A stretch of DNA of 64,000 nt from Octopus sinensis. Lineage: Eukaryota. This document shows positions 27,081 to 39,425 of the stretch, one piece after another. Under the pieces are notes generated by a model. That model did not search any database. It saw only the letters and a list, made by a program, of their open reading frames with translations, and had not been told where the DNA came from. The DNA lies in assembly GCF_006345805.1 (NCBI RefSeq), contig NC_043002.1, positions 103,168,001 to 103,232,000 on the forward strand, given 5' to 3'. A program made the position numbers and the translations under genes. Numbering within the stretch: the stretch's first letter is position 1; every line of letters starts with the position of its first letter.

Positions 27081-27964
27081 TAAGGCAAAATCATTTTACA
27101 AAGAATACATATTTTCGGACTTGAGAATCATATTTGGAGCCCAAAACTGAACAAGTGACATTTCCTATAATGTAATGTGAGTACGGACTGTAATTACATG
27201 CATTAATTGTGAAATGAATAAATTAGAAATTATACTCATACCGAAAGAGCTGGGTTATTTCATAATATTTGTTTCATGGAACATTGAATAACTTTGATTT
27301 TCAATTTAGAAACTCATACATAAGCAGGCGTACAAACATAGTCACAGACACACACGTACCCTCACGCATATGCAAGCGTACAAACATACTCACGCACACT
27401 TACATATACGCAGACGTACACACATACGCATACGCACACACGCACACAAACGCACTCATATATTTTGAGCAGATAAATCTCCAGATAAAATGAAATATAT
27501 AACAACAGATACTGAAATATTTGTGCTTTTCTTAGAAGAAATCAATTGTAGTGTTAAAGAGAAAAAATTGTGAAAATCGAAGACACAGAATGATTTTGCT
27601 GAAGTGAAATCTTGAGTAAGAATAAATGCCGAAGGGAAGGAGAAAGTAAATGAATGAGGTAATGCAAATTCGTGTATAAAACTATAAGCTCAGGTCTGGT
27701 TCCTGGAACTGAAACTAACACGACGCTGTTGGAAGGCAGGCTTAGAGAGGTCGCAGGCTAAGGTTACGCGCTCTTCGCCTCCATTGGTCAGTTAAAGCTT
27801 AGACAGTGTCATGTGACAATTAGCTGGTGCTGGCTGCTGGAGCTTCCTGACGAGTATTTAAAGGAAAATTTGGCAGGATGGTCAGTCGTCCGCTGACATT
27901 CGATGACGCTGGATCGAAGAAAACAGAGAACAAAAGAAAAATAGAGACAAAAGAAATGCAATCA

Positions 27965-28223
27965 ACACTAGAGCTGAAACACCTCCCGAAGGGAGGTGGG
28001 ACGCCTCGTCGAAAACGGTAGAGGAGTAGGGACCGAAGCTGGATGTCTTTAGCCACTGGGTCCTATAAAGGAGCTGTTGAAGTACAGAACCACGAAACGC
28101 ATTTGGAATTCCCTAGAGAAGAGGAAGTGGTACTTTTTAGTTATCTGCCCTTACTCCATGTTCTTGGCTGCATCCACGAATTCTACACCGCCATGTATTT
28201 TGACTTTCAGCTGAGAAATTCAT
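27965..28223. repeat. copy 1 of a diverged direct repeat of about 260 bp
   Basis: Colinear with 30070-30346. Confidence 0.85.
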
Positions 28224-30069
28224 AAAATGACCGTTGTTGCATATTCTTTCTTGGTGAAGAATTCCTTAAATTTATTTCGGGTACACTCACGTATTTTCCC
28301 TCGTCTAGCCTCTGGACCGCATAAAACTCACATGTGCGTGCGCGCACGATCGTGTGGGTGTGTGAGTGAGCGTGTATGTTTGTTTGCAAATGGACTCTTC
28401 CTGACTGAACTATCTTCGAAAGAGCTTTCTCAGTAAGAGAATATTTAAGATTTAACTCTACAACAATTCTTTAAAATTGCGATGTTTATTTTTAGATCCT
28501 GAAGATAGTATTTACATTAGTTCTTAAGATGTCCTAAATTTAAATTAACCTCAAGAAAAATTAATAAGATAAGACATATATTAAGCTCACTTAAAAAAAA
28601 GTGATTGTTTTTATATATGGGAGATAACCCCATTTTCATTGGCAATTTTTTTACTGGGGATGAGATAAGCAGAAAGTACCGAGGAGGAAATATAAATGGC
28701 TTCTGATTTAAGCAAAAAGCCAGCACTTTTAAAAGAAGGGAAATTGTCGTTATGGTTGGCACCTCAGCATGACTTGAGGTGAGAACCTAAAAAGAAGGAA
28801 TAAGTACCACATGATATTTTTCCCACAAACTCATGATTTTGTTTTAAATGCGATGAACATGGTAATTTCTCAAAACTATTTTCCGGTTAAATTGATTAAA
28901 CCGTGACAAATTCAAACTGGTATATTAACATTTTATGGTGCACAGAGGAAACATATTTGATTCTTGTTTAAGAATATGTATGAAGAGCAAAACAAAAAGA
29001 TTACCAATGAAGTTTTTTTAACAGTAAAGAAATTGTTTTTGTAAAGTAATATAGAATGAAATATTAGAAAACCTTAGCATAAAAAAACCCCAACTATTTC
29101 AAGTAAAATATTGAGATTATTAAAGTGTCAACTCGTCGAGTTAACAGCGATTTATTTCGGCTCTTTAAGTTCTGGAGGCAAATTCCAACTAAGACAACTT
29201 TGCTTTTCATCCTTCCAAGATCGATACACTGATGCACCAGCCACGTAATTAGGGCGATATAATGGGCAAATTCCCTCGTCTCCTGTCAGTTCTCTTTTAA
29301 ACAAATATGGAAATGAAATATCATGAATTTTAAGAATAGGTTTCAAAATTAGAAACAGTTTATTAGGAATGTCACGACGACATTAAACGTGAAATACCAG
29401 AGTAATTTTTAGGCAAATATCAAATATGTAAGCACATTCATACAACCACTCGCGCGCACACACATACGTATCTGCCATGAAGATAAAGTCGTAACCACTT
29501 CGATATTGAGAACTGGATGGAAACGTGTAAGAATAACAAATGTCTATGTTGTTTTCGATTCATCATGTTTCAATGTGAGCTGACAATGTAATGGCCGCTA
29601 GTTCTTTTCGTGCAAGTAACTTGGCTGGAGAGGCTCTATGGTTATGTGTAGATTAGAAAGATATATACACAAAGAAGAAGAAGAGAGAGAAAGAGAGAGA
29701 GGATGAGGAAATGAATGTCAGTGTCCCAAGCATGAAATGACTTTAGTAGAACTTTAGGTCATTTGTGTTGCTGACTCATCCTGCTGGCAAATGCAGTGGC
29801 CGAAATCAGCTGGGAGTGAACATCTCCCGACTTCACGCATGACTGCATCCGTCATTTGATCTTTTGTCTACTGTTCTGTCTCTTTTGACAGACTCCCTAC
29901 TTATCAGGCAGGTCTCTAATTAGAAATCTAATCAGAACTATTTTCACGAAATAACTAAAAAGAAAGCAAGCAAACAAAACAATTTTATTCGTTAAAATAT
30001 TTTTATCTAGCATATGGGACACTTTAATATATTCTCAAATATGTTAATAAGCGAAGGAGACAGAAGAAA

Positions 30070-30346
30070 CGCTAGACCTAAAGACACCTCCGGTAGGGAG
30101 GTGGGACGCCTCGTCGAAAACGGTAGAGGAGTAGGAGCCGAAGCTAGATGTGGTTCCTCCTGATGATGTCTTTAGCCACTGGGTCCTAGAAAGGAGCTGT
30201 TGAGGTAGTAAACCACGAAACGCAGTTGGAAATCCTTAGAGAAGAGGAAGTGGTACTTTTTGGTTATCTGCTCTTACTCCATGTTCTTGGCTGCATCCAC
30301 GAATTCTACACCGCCATGTATTTTGACTTTCAACTGAGAAATTCAT
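30070..30346. repeat. copy 2 of the direct repeat (carries 18 extra bp)
   Basis: The offset to copy 1 is 2105 before the indel and 2123 after it. Confidence 0.85.
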
Positions 30347-30914
30347 TTATGGTGTAAGCAATTTATATAAAGGAAAAGAAAATGATGTAGGGCAATGTTT
30401 CCGAACCCATTTTGGTCAAAGGCCCTCTTTTGACACTTGAAAATATTTAAAATTTTCCCTAGAAAATATTTTTATATTTCAATATACTACTTATTTTTTA
30501 TATCAGCAGATAATGATTAAGAAATAAAGGACGTTGTTTTACATATACGCTTGTACGCAGTCGGGAGTAGAGATCTACAAATTGAAAAGCAATAAAAAAA
30601 AAAAAAATTAATAATAGATTGAAAGTTTGGTAATTGCTTTGATTTCCACCATTCGATACTTATGAGATCAACACGTTGTCTATCGAAGCAGTGCTCTTTG
30701 GTACAAGAGAGTCCCTTCACTCCAAAACGTCATCCTCAAGCTCCAAATAGCCCCCCGCTCCTTGGGGCCATATGAAACCCGTTGAGAACTCTTGATGTAG
30801 ATTAAAGGGAAATATTTTAAAGGAAAGGAAAATTATACAAGTCCGAATGAGCAACGGAACGTGCATGAACAACAACAAGAAAATAAAGATATATCAAATC
30901 AAATATTCTTTACT

Positions 30915-31710
30915 CCTTTTGCTTATTTTTTTACTTGTTTCATTCAATTGACTGCGGCCATGCTGTGGCACCACTTTGAAGTGTTTTAATCGAATAAATC
31001 AACACAATGTTTTTCTTTAAAGCCCAGTAATTATTTTATATGTCCGCTATGTTACGGGGAAGTAATTGTACCAGCAGCGGTGGTGGGAGACAACGATACA
31101 CTGACCCAAATACATTCATGCCTACACACACACGCACAAGCACACACACACTTATACTAAATCCACTCACAAGGCTTCGGTCGGCCTGAGGGAATAATGG
31201 AAGAAACTGGATTTTTTCCGGTTTGAACGGCAGTTTTTAACATAATTTCTAGGTAACTACAAAAGTTTAAACTTCGTATACTGGTAGAATGTGTTTATAA
31301 AACATCTTTTTCTCTTGGCTTTATTGAGAAAATTCTATAGTTTGTAAGATATTTGTTGTTTTTTTCTTCAATTTCTGCAATTTCAACCAATCACTGACGT
31401 CTATTGAGGTAAAAACATTCTGTGCCGTATGAATATGTCCCTCGTTTAAGAAACAGATTGATTTTATTTACATTTCTGAAGAAAAAAAAGATACCCTTCC
31501 CCCCACTGCTAACCCTATCCCTAAAACAGATTGAAATGCAATAGATCGATACTAGGGTCATAATTATGGGTGACGATTTCATATGACACCGCTAGAAAAA
31601 AAACAGCCGTTCAAAGCGAAAAGATCCAAGAAACTTGCTCAAGGTGACACACAGTGGGACTGAACCCGGAACCATGTGGTTGGAAAGCAAGATTCTTATC
31701 ACATAGACTC
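30915..31710 (-). mobile_element. SINE family A, degenerate, interrupted by a TIR element
   Basis: Family A blocks at 30915-31201 resume at 31635 ('ttgctcaaggtgacacacagtgggactgaacccgg'). Confidence 0.75.
31208..31628. mobile_element. non-autonomous DNA transposon (MITE-like), about 30-bp imperfect TIRs, 6-bp TSD
   Basis: Left end tggattttttccggtttgaacggcagttttt; right end aaaaaaacagccgttcaaagcgaaaagatcca. TSD agaaac at 31202-07 and 31629-34. Confidence 0.85.
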
Positions 31711-31921
31711 GTTTGCATTTTACATGTCTTGAGGTATAAATTAATAGATATATTAGCATTATTTACAATTCCTCATAAAAGTTAAAGGTTCGATTTAAAC
31801 AATAAGAAGTGATATTAATGAGAAAAAAAAATCTGGATGGAATTTGCATGTGGTTGTTGCACTTAATTTTGTGAACTAATAATTTATGTTTCTTAGTCAG
31901 TGTCTTCGTTATGTCGGAATA

Positions 31922-32303
31922 GGAGGCGCAATGGCCCAGTGGTTAGGGCAGCGGATCGCGGTCATAGGATCGTGGTTTCGATTCCCAGACCGGGCGTTGT
32001 GAGTGTTTATTGAGTGAAGACACCTAAAGCTCCACGAGGCTCCGGCAGGGGATGGTGGTGATCCCTGCTGTACTCTTTCACCACAACTTTCTCTCACTCT
32101 TACTTCCTGTTTCTGTTGTACCTGTATTTCAAGGGGCGTGCCTTGTCACTCTCTGTGTCACGCTGAATATCCCCGAGAACTACGTTAAGGGCACACGTGT
32201 CTGTGGAGTGCTCAACCACATACACGTTAAGTTCACGAGCAGGCTGTTCCGTTGATTCGGATCAACCGGAACCCACGTCGTCGTAACCGACGGAGTGCTT
32301 CCA
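31922..32303 (+). mobile_element. SINE family C, full length
   Basis: Same sequence family as 23929-24322. TSD tatgtcg(g/c)aata at 31910-21 and 32304-15. Confidence 0.95.
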
Positions 32304-32679
32304 TATGTCGCAATACTACACAGTGGCTGTGTGAGCTACGAAATCCTCGCCGCCACTGTTACGTGCACGTTCGGATACCTTCTACTCAACTTCTCTCAAC
32401 TACTCTACTCTTCTCTGACGGCTAGACTTCTCCCTATATATCTACGCATTGGACTGGTCTACTACATCGTCTGGGGGTGTCCACACAACAGTCTTATAAA
32501 CACAACAACACCTGCGTTATAAGGCAGGTGTTGTTGGTCGTCACCCTAATTCAAATGAGATACTGGGTATTGGTGAAAGTCAATATCCGCTTTCATTTTA
32601 CATCTCTATACACAGGGATACTCTTTTTTTTTAATTTTAACATTTTTGGGGGGTTTTATTTTCAACTATTGTTATTATC

Positions 32680-33260
32680 AGTTGGCAGAAACGTTAGCAT
32701 GCCGGGCGAAATGCTTAGCGGCATTTCGTCTGCCGTTATGTTGTGCGTTCAAATTCCGCCGAGGTCGACTTTGCCTTTCATCCTTTCGGTGGTCGATAAA
32801 TTAAGCAGCAGTTACGCACTGGGGTCGATGTAATCGACTTAATCCGTTTGTCTGTCCTTGTTTGTCCCCTCTATGTTTAGCCCCTTGTAGGTAGTAAATA
32901 AATAGGTATTTCGTATGACGTTACGTTCTAAGTTCAAATTCCGCCGAGGTCGACTTTGCTTTTCATCCTTTCGAGGTCGATAAATTAAGTACCAGTTACG
33001 CACTAGGGCCGATGTAATCGACTTAATCCGTTTGTCTGTCCTTGTTTGTCCCCTCTATGTTTAGCCCCTTGTAGGCAATAAAGAAATAAGAAAGCTAAAC
33101 GAAAATGCTTAGCGGTATTTTGTCTGCCTCTGACTTCAAATTCCGCCATGGTCGACTTTGCTTTTCATCATTTCGGGGTTGAGAAGTTGAGAACCAGTGA
33201 ATCGCTGGGGTCGATATTACCCACTAGTCCTCTCCATGAAAATCTCAAGACATGTGCTTA
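32680..33260 (+). mobile_element. SINE family B, trimeric copy
   Basis: Three 'caaattccgcc.aggtcgactttgc' units after one head. Confidence 0.88.
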
Positions 33261-33449
33261 TAGAAGAAATGATTATCTTAGTTAATGTTGTTGTTGATAT
33301 GACTGCGACGTGTTATATTAGGATGATCGCAACATCATGAATGTATATGCGTACACCTGTGTACACCGGGCATGAGTGAGTAGTATGTATGCATATATAT
33401 AATATAAACAATATATATGTATATATATATATGTGATAAATAAAAATAT

Positions 33450-33560
33450 ATGCATACATGCAAACATATATGTACGTACCTACATCTACATGTATATATA
33501 CATGCATATATAAATAATTATACGTGAGTACAGGACACCACAATAAGACGTAGAAACGGA
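33450..33560. mobile_element. repeat family E, short fragment
   Basis: 'atatgtacgtacctacatctacatg...gagtacaggacacca' as at 10460 and 36545. Confidence 0.6.
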
Positions 33561-33753
33561 AAAATAAAAAAACAAAAAAAACAAAAAAAAAAAGAAAATA
33601 TGCATTTGTGGGCACAGGACGTCAGGAAAACGTGTACAACAAAAAACTACGAAGCACAATTACATGGAAACTGAACTATTCTTTCGAACGACGAAATACA
33701 CAAATGGAAACCAAAACAAACATAAACAACGACCCTTTATCAGTTGTTGGCTG

Positions 33754-33818
<65 letters not shown>

Positions 33819-34795
33819 CATACATATATATACGCACACACACTCACATACACGAGCACACTAATACACATACGCGAGCACACACTTACCCCCACACATG
33901 GATACGCACGCACACACACACACACACACACACAACACACATATATGCACATAGAGAAAGACTGACAGAGAGAGAGAGACACACACACATCCTCCGTATA
34001 TGGTAATATGATGAGTGTGCATGTGTGTTTGTTATTATCAAGGTGCTAGTCTCAATGTTAATGTTTCGATGAACGCATTGTGAGTGTGTCTGCATAAATA
34101 TATACGAAATTAACGTGTGAGTCACTTTCTGTATGTGTGATTCTGTTTTGTTTGTGAGTGTGTGTGTGTGTATGTGACTCTGCGTGTGGAAGGGTGTGAG
34201 TATCTCGTATGTTCATTGCTTTGTGTGTGCGTGCATGATTGTGTTAGTGTGGAAGAAGCATGATACTTTATATTAGTGATAGTGTCGTCCTCTTCTACCT
34301 AATTATTCCCCATGTGCTGCTTGTCTTATTAATGATCTTGCCCAGTGGTCAATGAGAAGACAGTTGCCTAGAGTTCAGACCTGGATTAATCGGCTGAACA
34401 GCATTCCAGATACATTTCACGCCTGAAGAACTTTGCTTAACCTTCGATAGTTCTTAGAATGAGCATTTGAAACAAGAATCAATATTAAATTATGGAAGAA
34501 TGCAATGACCGTAAAAGAAAACACCTTGCTTGAGCTACCGATCAATAGTATGTCTAAATGTCAGAGTTGAAATAATGGTTCTCTTATTCTGAATATTGAC
34601 TCAATCTGACTAAGCTAGATCAGTTATTAATGAGACTCCGTTGCAACTCTATAGATTATAGAAACATATATTCCAGTGTAAAATATACTTCATTTACTGC
34701 TCCGGACATCGTTTACTAAACCTATACATAAACGGCGTATGATTAGGAACAGGTATGCAGCAACAACGCTTGTCCGGGTTCAATATCACTGAAGA

Positions 34796-35559
34796 CAATG
34801 CAGTGAGCTGGCTGAAACGTTACAACGCCGGGCAAAATGCAAACTAGTATTACGTCTGCCACTACGTTCTGAGTTCAAATTCTGCCGAGGTCGACTTTGC
34901 CTTTCCTCCTTTCTGGGTCGTTTAAATAAGTACCAGTTACGCACTGGGGTCGATGTAATCGATTTAATCCGTTTGTCTGCCTTCGTTTGTCCTCTCTCTG
35001 TGTAGCCCCTTGTGGGTAGTAAAGAAATAGGTATTTCGTCTGCCGCTATATTCTGAGTTCAAATTCTGACGAGCTTGACTTTCCCTTTCATCCATTCGGG
35101 GTCGATTAAATAAGTACCAGTTACGCACTGGGGTCGATGTAATCGACTTAATCCGTTTGTCTGCCTTTGTTTGTCCTCTCTCTGTGTAGCCCCTAGTGGG
35201 TAGTAAAGAAATAGGTATTTCGTCTGCCGCTACGTTCTGAGATCAAGTTCCGCCGAGGTCGACTTTGACATTCATCTTTTCGAGGTCGATTAAATAAGGA
35301 CCAATAACGCTTTGGGATCCATTAATCGACTTACTCCCTTTGTCCTTCCTTCTTTGTCCTCTCTGTGTTTAGCCTCTTGTGGATAGTAAAGAAATAGGTA
35401 TTGCGTCTGTCTTTACGTTTTGAGTTCAAGTTCTGCCGAGGTCGACTTTGCCTTTTATCATTCGAGGTCGATAAATTAAGTACCAGTTGCGTACTGAAGT
35501 CGATCTAATCATTGACTCCCTCCCCCTAAATCTTTGGACCTTGTACCTAGAGTAGAAAA
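34796..35559 (+). mobile_element. SINE family B, tetrameric copy bounded by a 15-bp TSD
   Basis: Units recur at 34853, 35037, 35221 and 35404 (period 183-184 bp). TSD caatatcactgaaga at 34781-95 and 35560-74. Confidence 0.9.
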
Positions 35560-35839
35560 CAATATCACTGAAGAAATGGACAGTTATCTTCTAACATAGC
35601 CATGGTTTTCTAATTGATTTCTAGAGAAATTCGAGAAACAGAAACCATATATGTCTGGTTGAGTATAAGTGTGTAGATTCAGCAGGTAAGGAACCATGCA
35701 GATTCTACTCATAAACATAGCAGCAAGTGTCTACTCACTCACCTTTCCGTAATTAAAATCATCCTGAACAACATTTATTTACACAGGCGATTTCAATTTA
35801 CGCATATCGCAGCAATAGCTGTTTGAATTCTTAACATCA

Positions 35840-36050
35840 TACCTCACAAGGGGCTAAACACAGAGGGGACAAACAAGGACAGACATAGGTATTAAGTCGA
35901 TTACATCGACCCCAGTGAGTAACTGGTACTTAATTTATCGACCCCGAAAGGATGAAAGGCAAAGTGGACCTCGGCGGAATTTGAACTCAGAACATAACGA
36001 CATACGAAATACGGCTACGCATTTCGCACGGCGTGCTAACGTTTCTGCCA
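35840..36050 (-). mobile_element. SINE family B, monomer
   Basis: Single B unit plus head, inverted relative to the 34796-35559 array. Confidence 0.88.
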
Positions 36051-36111
36051 CCAACAACGTATACTATACGCAATGCATAAATATAGAGAGACTCAAGCAG
36101 ATATATATATT

Positions 36112-36155
<44 letters not shown>

Positions 36156-36204
36156 TGTATGTGTATGTGTGTGTGTGTGTTGTGTGTGTTGTGTGTGTGT
36201 GTGT

Positions 36205-36445
36205 GGAGGCTCAAGGCTAAGTGCTTAGGGTATCAGCATCATGATCGTAAGATTATGGTTTCGATTCCTGGACCTGGTGACGCGTTGTGTTCTTGAGCAA
36301 AACACTTTATTTCACGTTGCTCCAGTCCACTCAGCAGGCAAAAATGGGTAACGCTGCGATGGACTGCAATCCCGTCCGGCTGGGGAACACATACGCCATA
36401 GAAACCGGGAAATCGGGCCCATGAGCCTAGCTATGCTTTAAAAGG
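36205..36445 (+). mobile_element. SINE family D with tRNA-like head
   Basis: Degenerate A box, B box 'ggtttcgattcc', and the central block shared with 6700. Confidence 0.75.
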
Positions 36446-36458
36446 CCGCATTTATTTC

Positions 36459-36502
<44 letters not shown>

Positions 36503-36529
36503 AATTAATAAATAAAATAAAACATATGC

Positions 36530-36990
36530 ATAAATACATACATATATGTACGTACCTACCTCTACATGTATATATACATGCATATATGGGTACAGGACAC
36601 CAAAAAACGTCGAACACAATGAGAAACGAAAACACAAACACAAAACCAGTAAATGGACATGTTTCTTAAACAACGAAAAAATAGAGTACAGGACATACAA
36701 TACAAGGAAAATTCCCCTTCTTCAGTCGCATTTGTTTCATCTACTCCGCGTTCGAAGGTCAAGGCGAGACACAACTTTAATGAAACTTTCCTTCCCGCAA
36801 AAAGCAAATTAAATAAAATTTGAGACTTTTTTGCGGAAGGGTAACAAAACAGGATAGTAACGACAGTACAACATATAAACAGTAAAAGATAAGACAAGGA
36901 GAATAACAGTAACAAAGAGAAGAAGGGCTGTTAAGCCGAACGAAATAAAATATTACGAACGCTATTTTTGAGAACGTCGAAGGAGCCGCA
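36530..36990. mobile_element. interspersed repeat family E
   Basis: Colinear with 10440-10890; flanked by (TA)n. Confidence 0.75.
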
Positions 36991-37017
36991 GAAAATGCCA
37001 GATAGATAGATAAAGAT

Positions 37018-37103
<86 letters not shown>

Positions 37104-37128
37104 CGTAGATAGATAGATAGATAAAGAT

Positions 37129-37187
<59 letters not shown>

Positions 37188-37188
37188 T

Positions 37189-37227
<39 letters not shown>

Positions 37228-37484
37228 TAGATAGATTGATTGATAGATATTAATCCAGGGATCGAGGTGTAGGAAGAAAGTTAGTGTTATGCAATCCGTA
37301 GTAAATATAAACATCGACTTTCAGGCACTATAGTGGATTATTTAGACGGATGGTTGTGAATTATTTTCATATCGAATTTCAATGAACTGAACAAAATTTC
37401 TATTTATAATTGATGGTAGGCGACCAGGGTTGCCGGGTATTGGAATAAGAATATAAGAGTTAAGGATTGGGGAAGATAAGACCC

Positions 37485-37559
37485 GGGCTACACATGTTTC
37501 ATAGTGAGCGGAACCTCTGAAGTAGTAAACATTCAAGCGAGCTGACTACTCTTCAGGCC
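37485..37559 (-). ncRNA. type I hammerhead motif
   Basis: GGC-CTGAAGA-GTAGT...ACTAT-GAAA-CATGTG-TA-GCC, with a GTA triplet. Stem I is short. Confidence 0.55.
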
Positions 37560-37697
37560 AAAGATATCTTGATTAAATGAAATTTTACGATGTCACAAGG
37601 AGGTTCATATTAATATGGAAGATTCAATCATTCAGAGCAATAAAATTTTCCATGTACCTCTTTGCGATAATGTAAACATTCATTTAATCAAGATATC

Positions 37698-37790
37698 CTT
37701 CGCCTGAGGAGTAGCTTGCAGCATACACCTCGCTCGGATATTTACCACCCTCGAGGTTGCGCTCGCTATGAAACATGTGTAGCCCGGAGG
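37698..37790 (+). ncRNA. type I hammerhead motif
   Basis: CTGAGGA (37704-10), stem II GTAGC/GCTAT, GAAA (37770-73), CATGTG, GTA (37779-81). Stem I is weak. Confidence 0.5.
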
Positions 37791-38204
37791 TTCTTATCTA
37801 CTCCGTTCCGTAACTCATGTATTTATGCGTGTGTGTGTGCGTGTATGTGTGTGTGTGTACGCATATACATATATACCTACATTGCAACGATGGTGTTTTG
37901 TACCTTAAAACAGGAAAAAACATATTCATACATGTATGCATATCAAAACCTATATCTATGTACATATATATATATATATACGTATAATCGTTTCTCTGAA
38001 ATGCTTTGTGTTGCTAGTGTTTCGAATTTCGTAATTAATATTGAAGTCTTTGAAACATATCCGTTTGCTCATAAGACCCGACCCAAATCTCAACACATTA
38101 CATATTTGCGTCTGATGATGCAACCTATAGATCTTCCTGCTGTCCATAGCATATGAAATATTCCCCACATAATATTGCATATTATTTAAGAAACCTATTT
38201 TTTT

Positions 38205-38610
38205 ACTACCCACATGGGGCTAAACACAGAGGGGACAAACATGGACAGACAAACGGATTAAGTCGTTTACGTCGACCCCAGTGCGTAACTGGTTCATATT
38301 TAATCGACCCCGAAAGGATGAAAGGCAAAATCAACCTCGGCGGAATTTGAACTCAGAACGTAGCGGCAGTCGAAATACCTATTTCTTTACTACCCACAAG
38401 GGGCTACACACAGAGAGGACAAACAAGGTTAGACAAACGGATTAAGTCGATTACATCGACCTCAGTGCGTAACTGGTACTTAATTTATCGACCCCGAAAG
38501 GATGAAAGGCTATGTCGACCTCGGTTGAATTTGAACTCAGAACGTAACGGCAGACGAAATACGGCTACGCATTTCGCCCGGCGTGCTAACGCTTCTGCCA
38601 GCTCGCCGCC
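38205..38610 (-). mobile_element. SINE family B, dimeric copy
   Basis: Two B units plus head. Confidence 0.9.
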
Positions 38611-38971
38611 ATCTCTTCAAGAAACCTAAAATCAACATCGCTTCCGGACAATTCTTCGAACCCGTAATATATTTTTTAAATCAATTCTTGCTATTTATTA
38701 ACAAACCGTACGAAAATAAAATCATACAGAGTTGAGTGGGGCAATTCGCTTTAGCCAGACGTTAACCTCCTTGTTTGTATATTCAGCTGTCGAAGTTTTT
38801 CATTTTTATTTGCTTCTGTGATCGGTACAGCGACGAATTTACATTCATAAGTTATCGTGATTGCTTAGTCCCAGATAAGTTACCCAACTAACATACCAAT
38901 AAACAAAAGATAACTAAGTCTTTTGTATATGGGGAACTGTATTCTAGGAAGCGTTTTCCTATTTTGAAAAC

Positions 38972-39425
38972 CGTTACTCTTTTATTTGTTTCAGTCATTT
39001 GACTGCGGCCATGCTGGAGCACCGCCTTTAGTCAAGCAAAACGACCTCAGTTCTTATTCTTTGTAAGCCTAGTACTACTGCATCGTCTCTTTTGCCGAAC
39101 TGCTAGCTTACAGGGACGTAAACACACCAGCATCTGCTGTCAAACGATGTTGGGGGGACAAACACACACAAACACACACACACACACACATATATACATA
39201 CACATACATATATATGATGGGCTTCTTTCAGTATCCGTCTACCAAATCGACTCACAAGGCTTTGGTCGGCCCGAGGCTATAGTAGAAGACATTTGCCCAA
39301 GATTCCATGCAGTGGGACTGAACTGGAAACATGTGGTTGGTAAGCTTCTTTATTTCATATATAATTTGCCACTAGGTTGCCACTAGGTTGGTAAGCTACT
39401 TACCACACAGCCACTCCTGCACCTA
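38972..39425 (-). mobile_element. SINE family A, full length
   Basis: As 23227-23632, with a small internal rearrangement near 39350-39390. Confidence 0.9.

Larger units (their letters stand above)
37457..37816. repeat. old diverged fold-back carrying two hammerhead motifs
   Basis: The arms share 'ccgggctacacatgtttcatag' and 'gatatcttgattaaatgaa' in inverted orientation. Confidence 0.85.

Noticed and set aside
29698-29780. ATGAGGA...CTGA box C/D-like arrangement
   Set aside because: Non-consensus C box, only a 3-bp terminal stem derived from (GA)n, and no identifiable guide.
30201-30216. TGAGGTAGTA resembling the let-7 5' end
   Set aside because: The match stops after 10 nt, there is no precursor hairpin, and it lies within a repeat.
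30150-30235. CTGATGA...GAAAC hammerhead-like motif
   Set aside because: Stems I, II and III do not pair in the required register.
34796-35559. Regular 184-bp periodicity as a CRISPR-like array
   Set aside because: The whole unit is repeated with no unique spacers; it is a eukaryotic SINE multimer.
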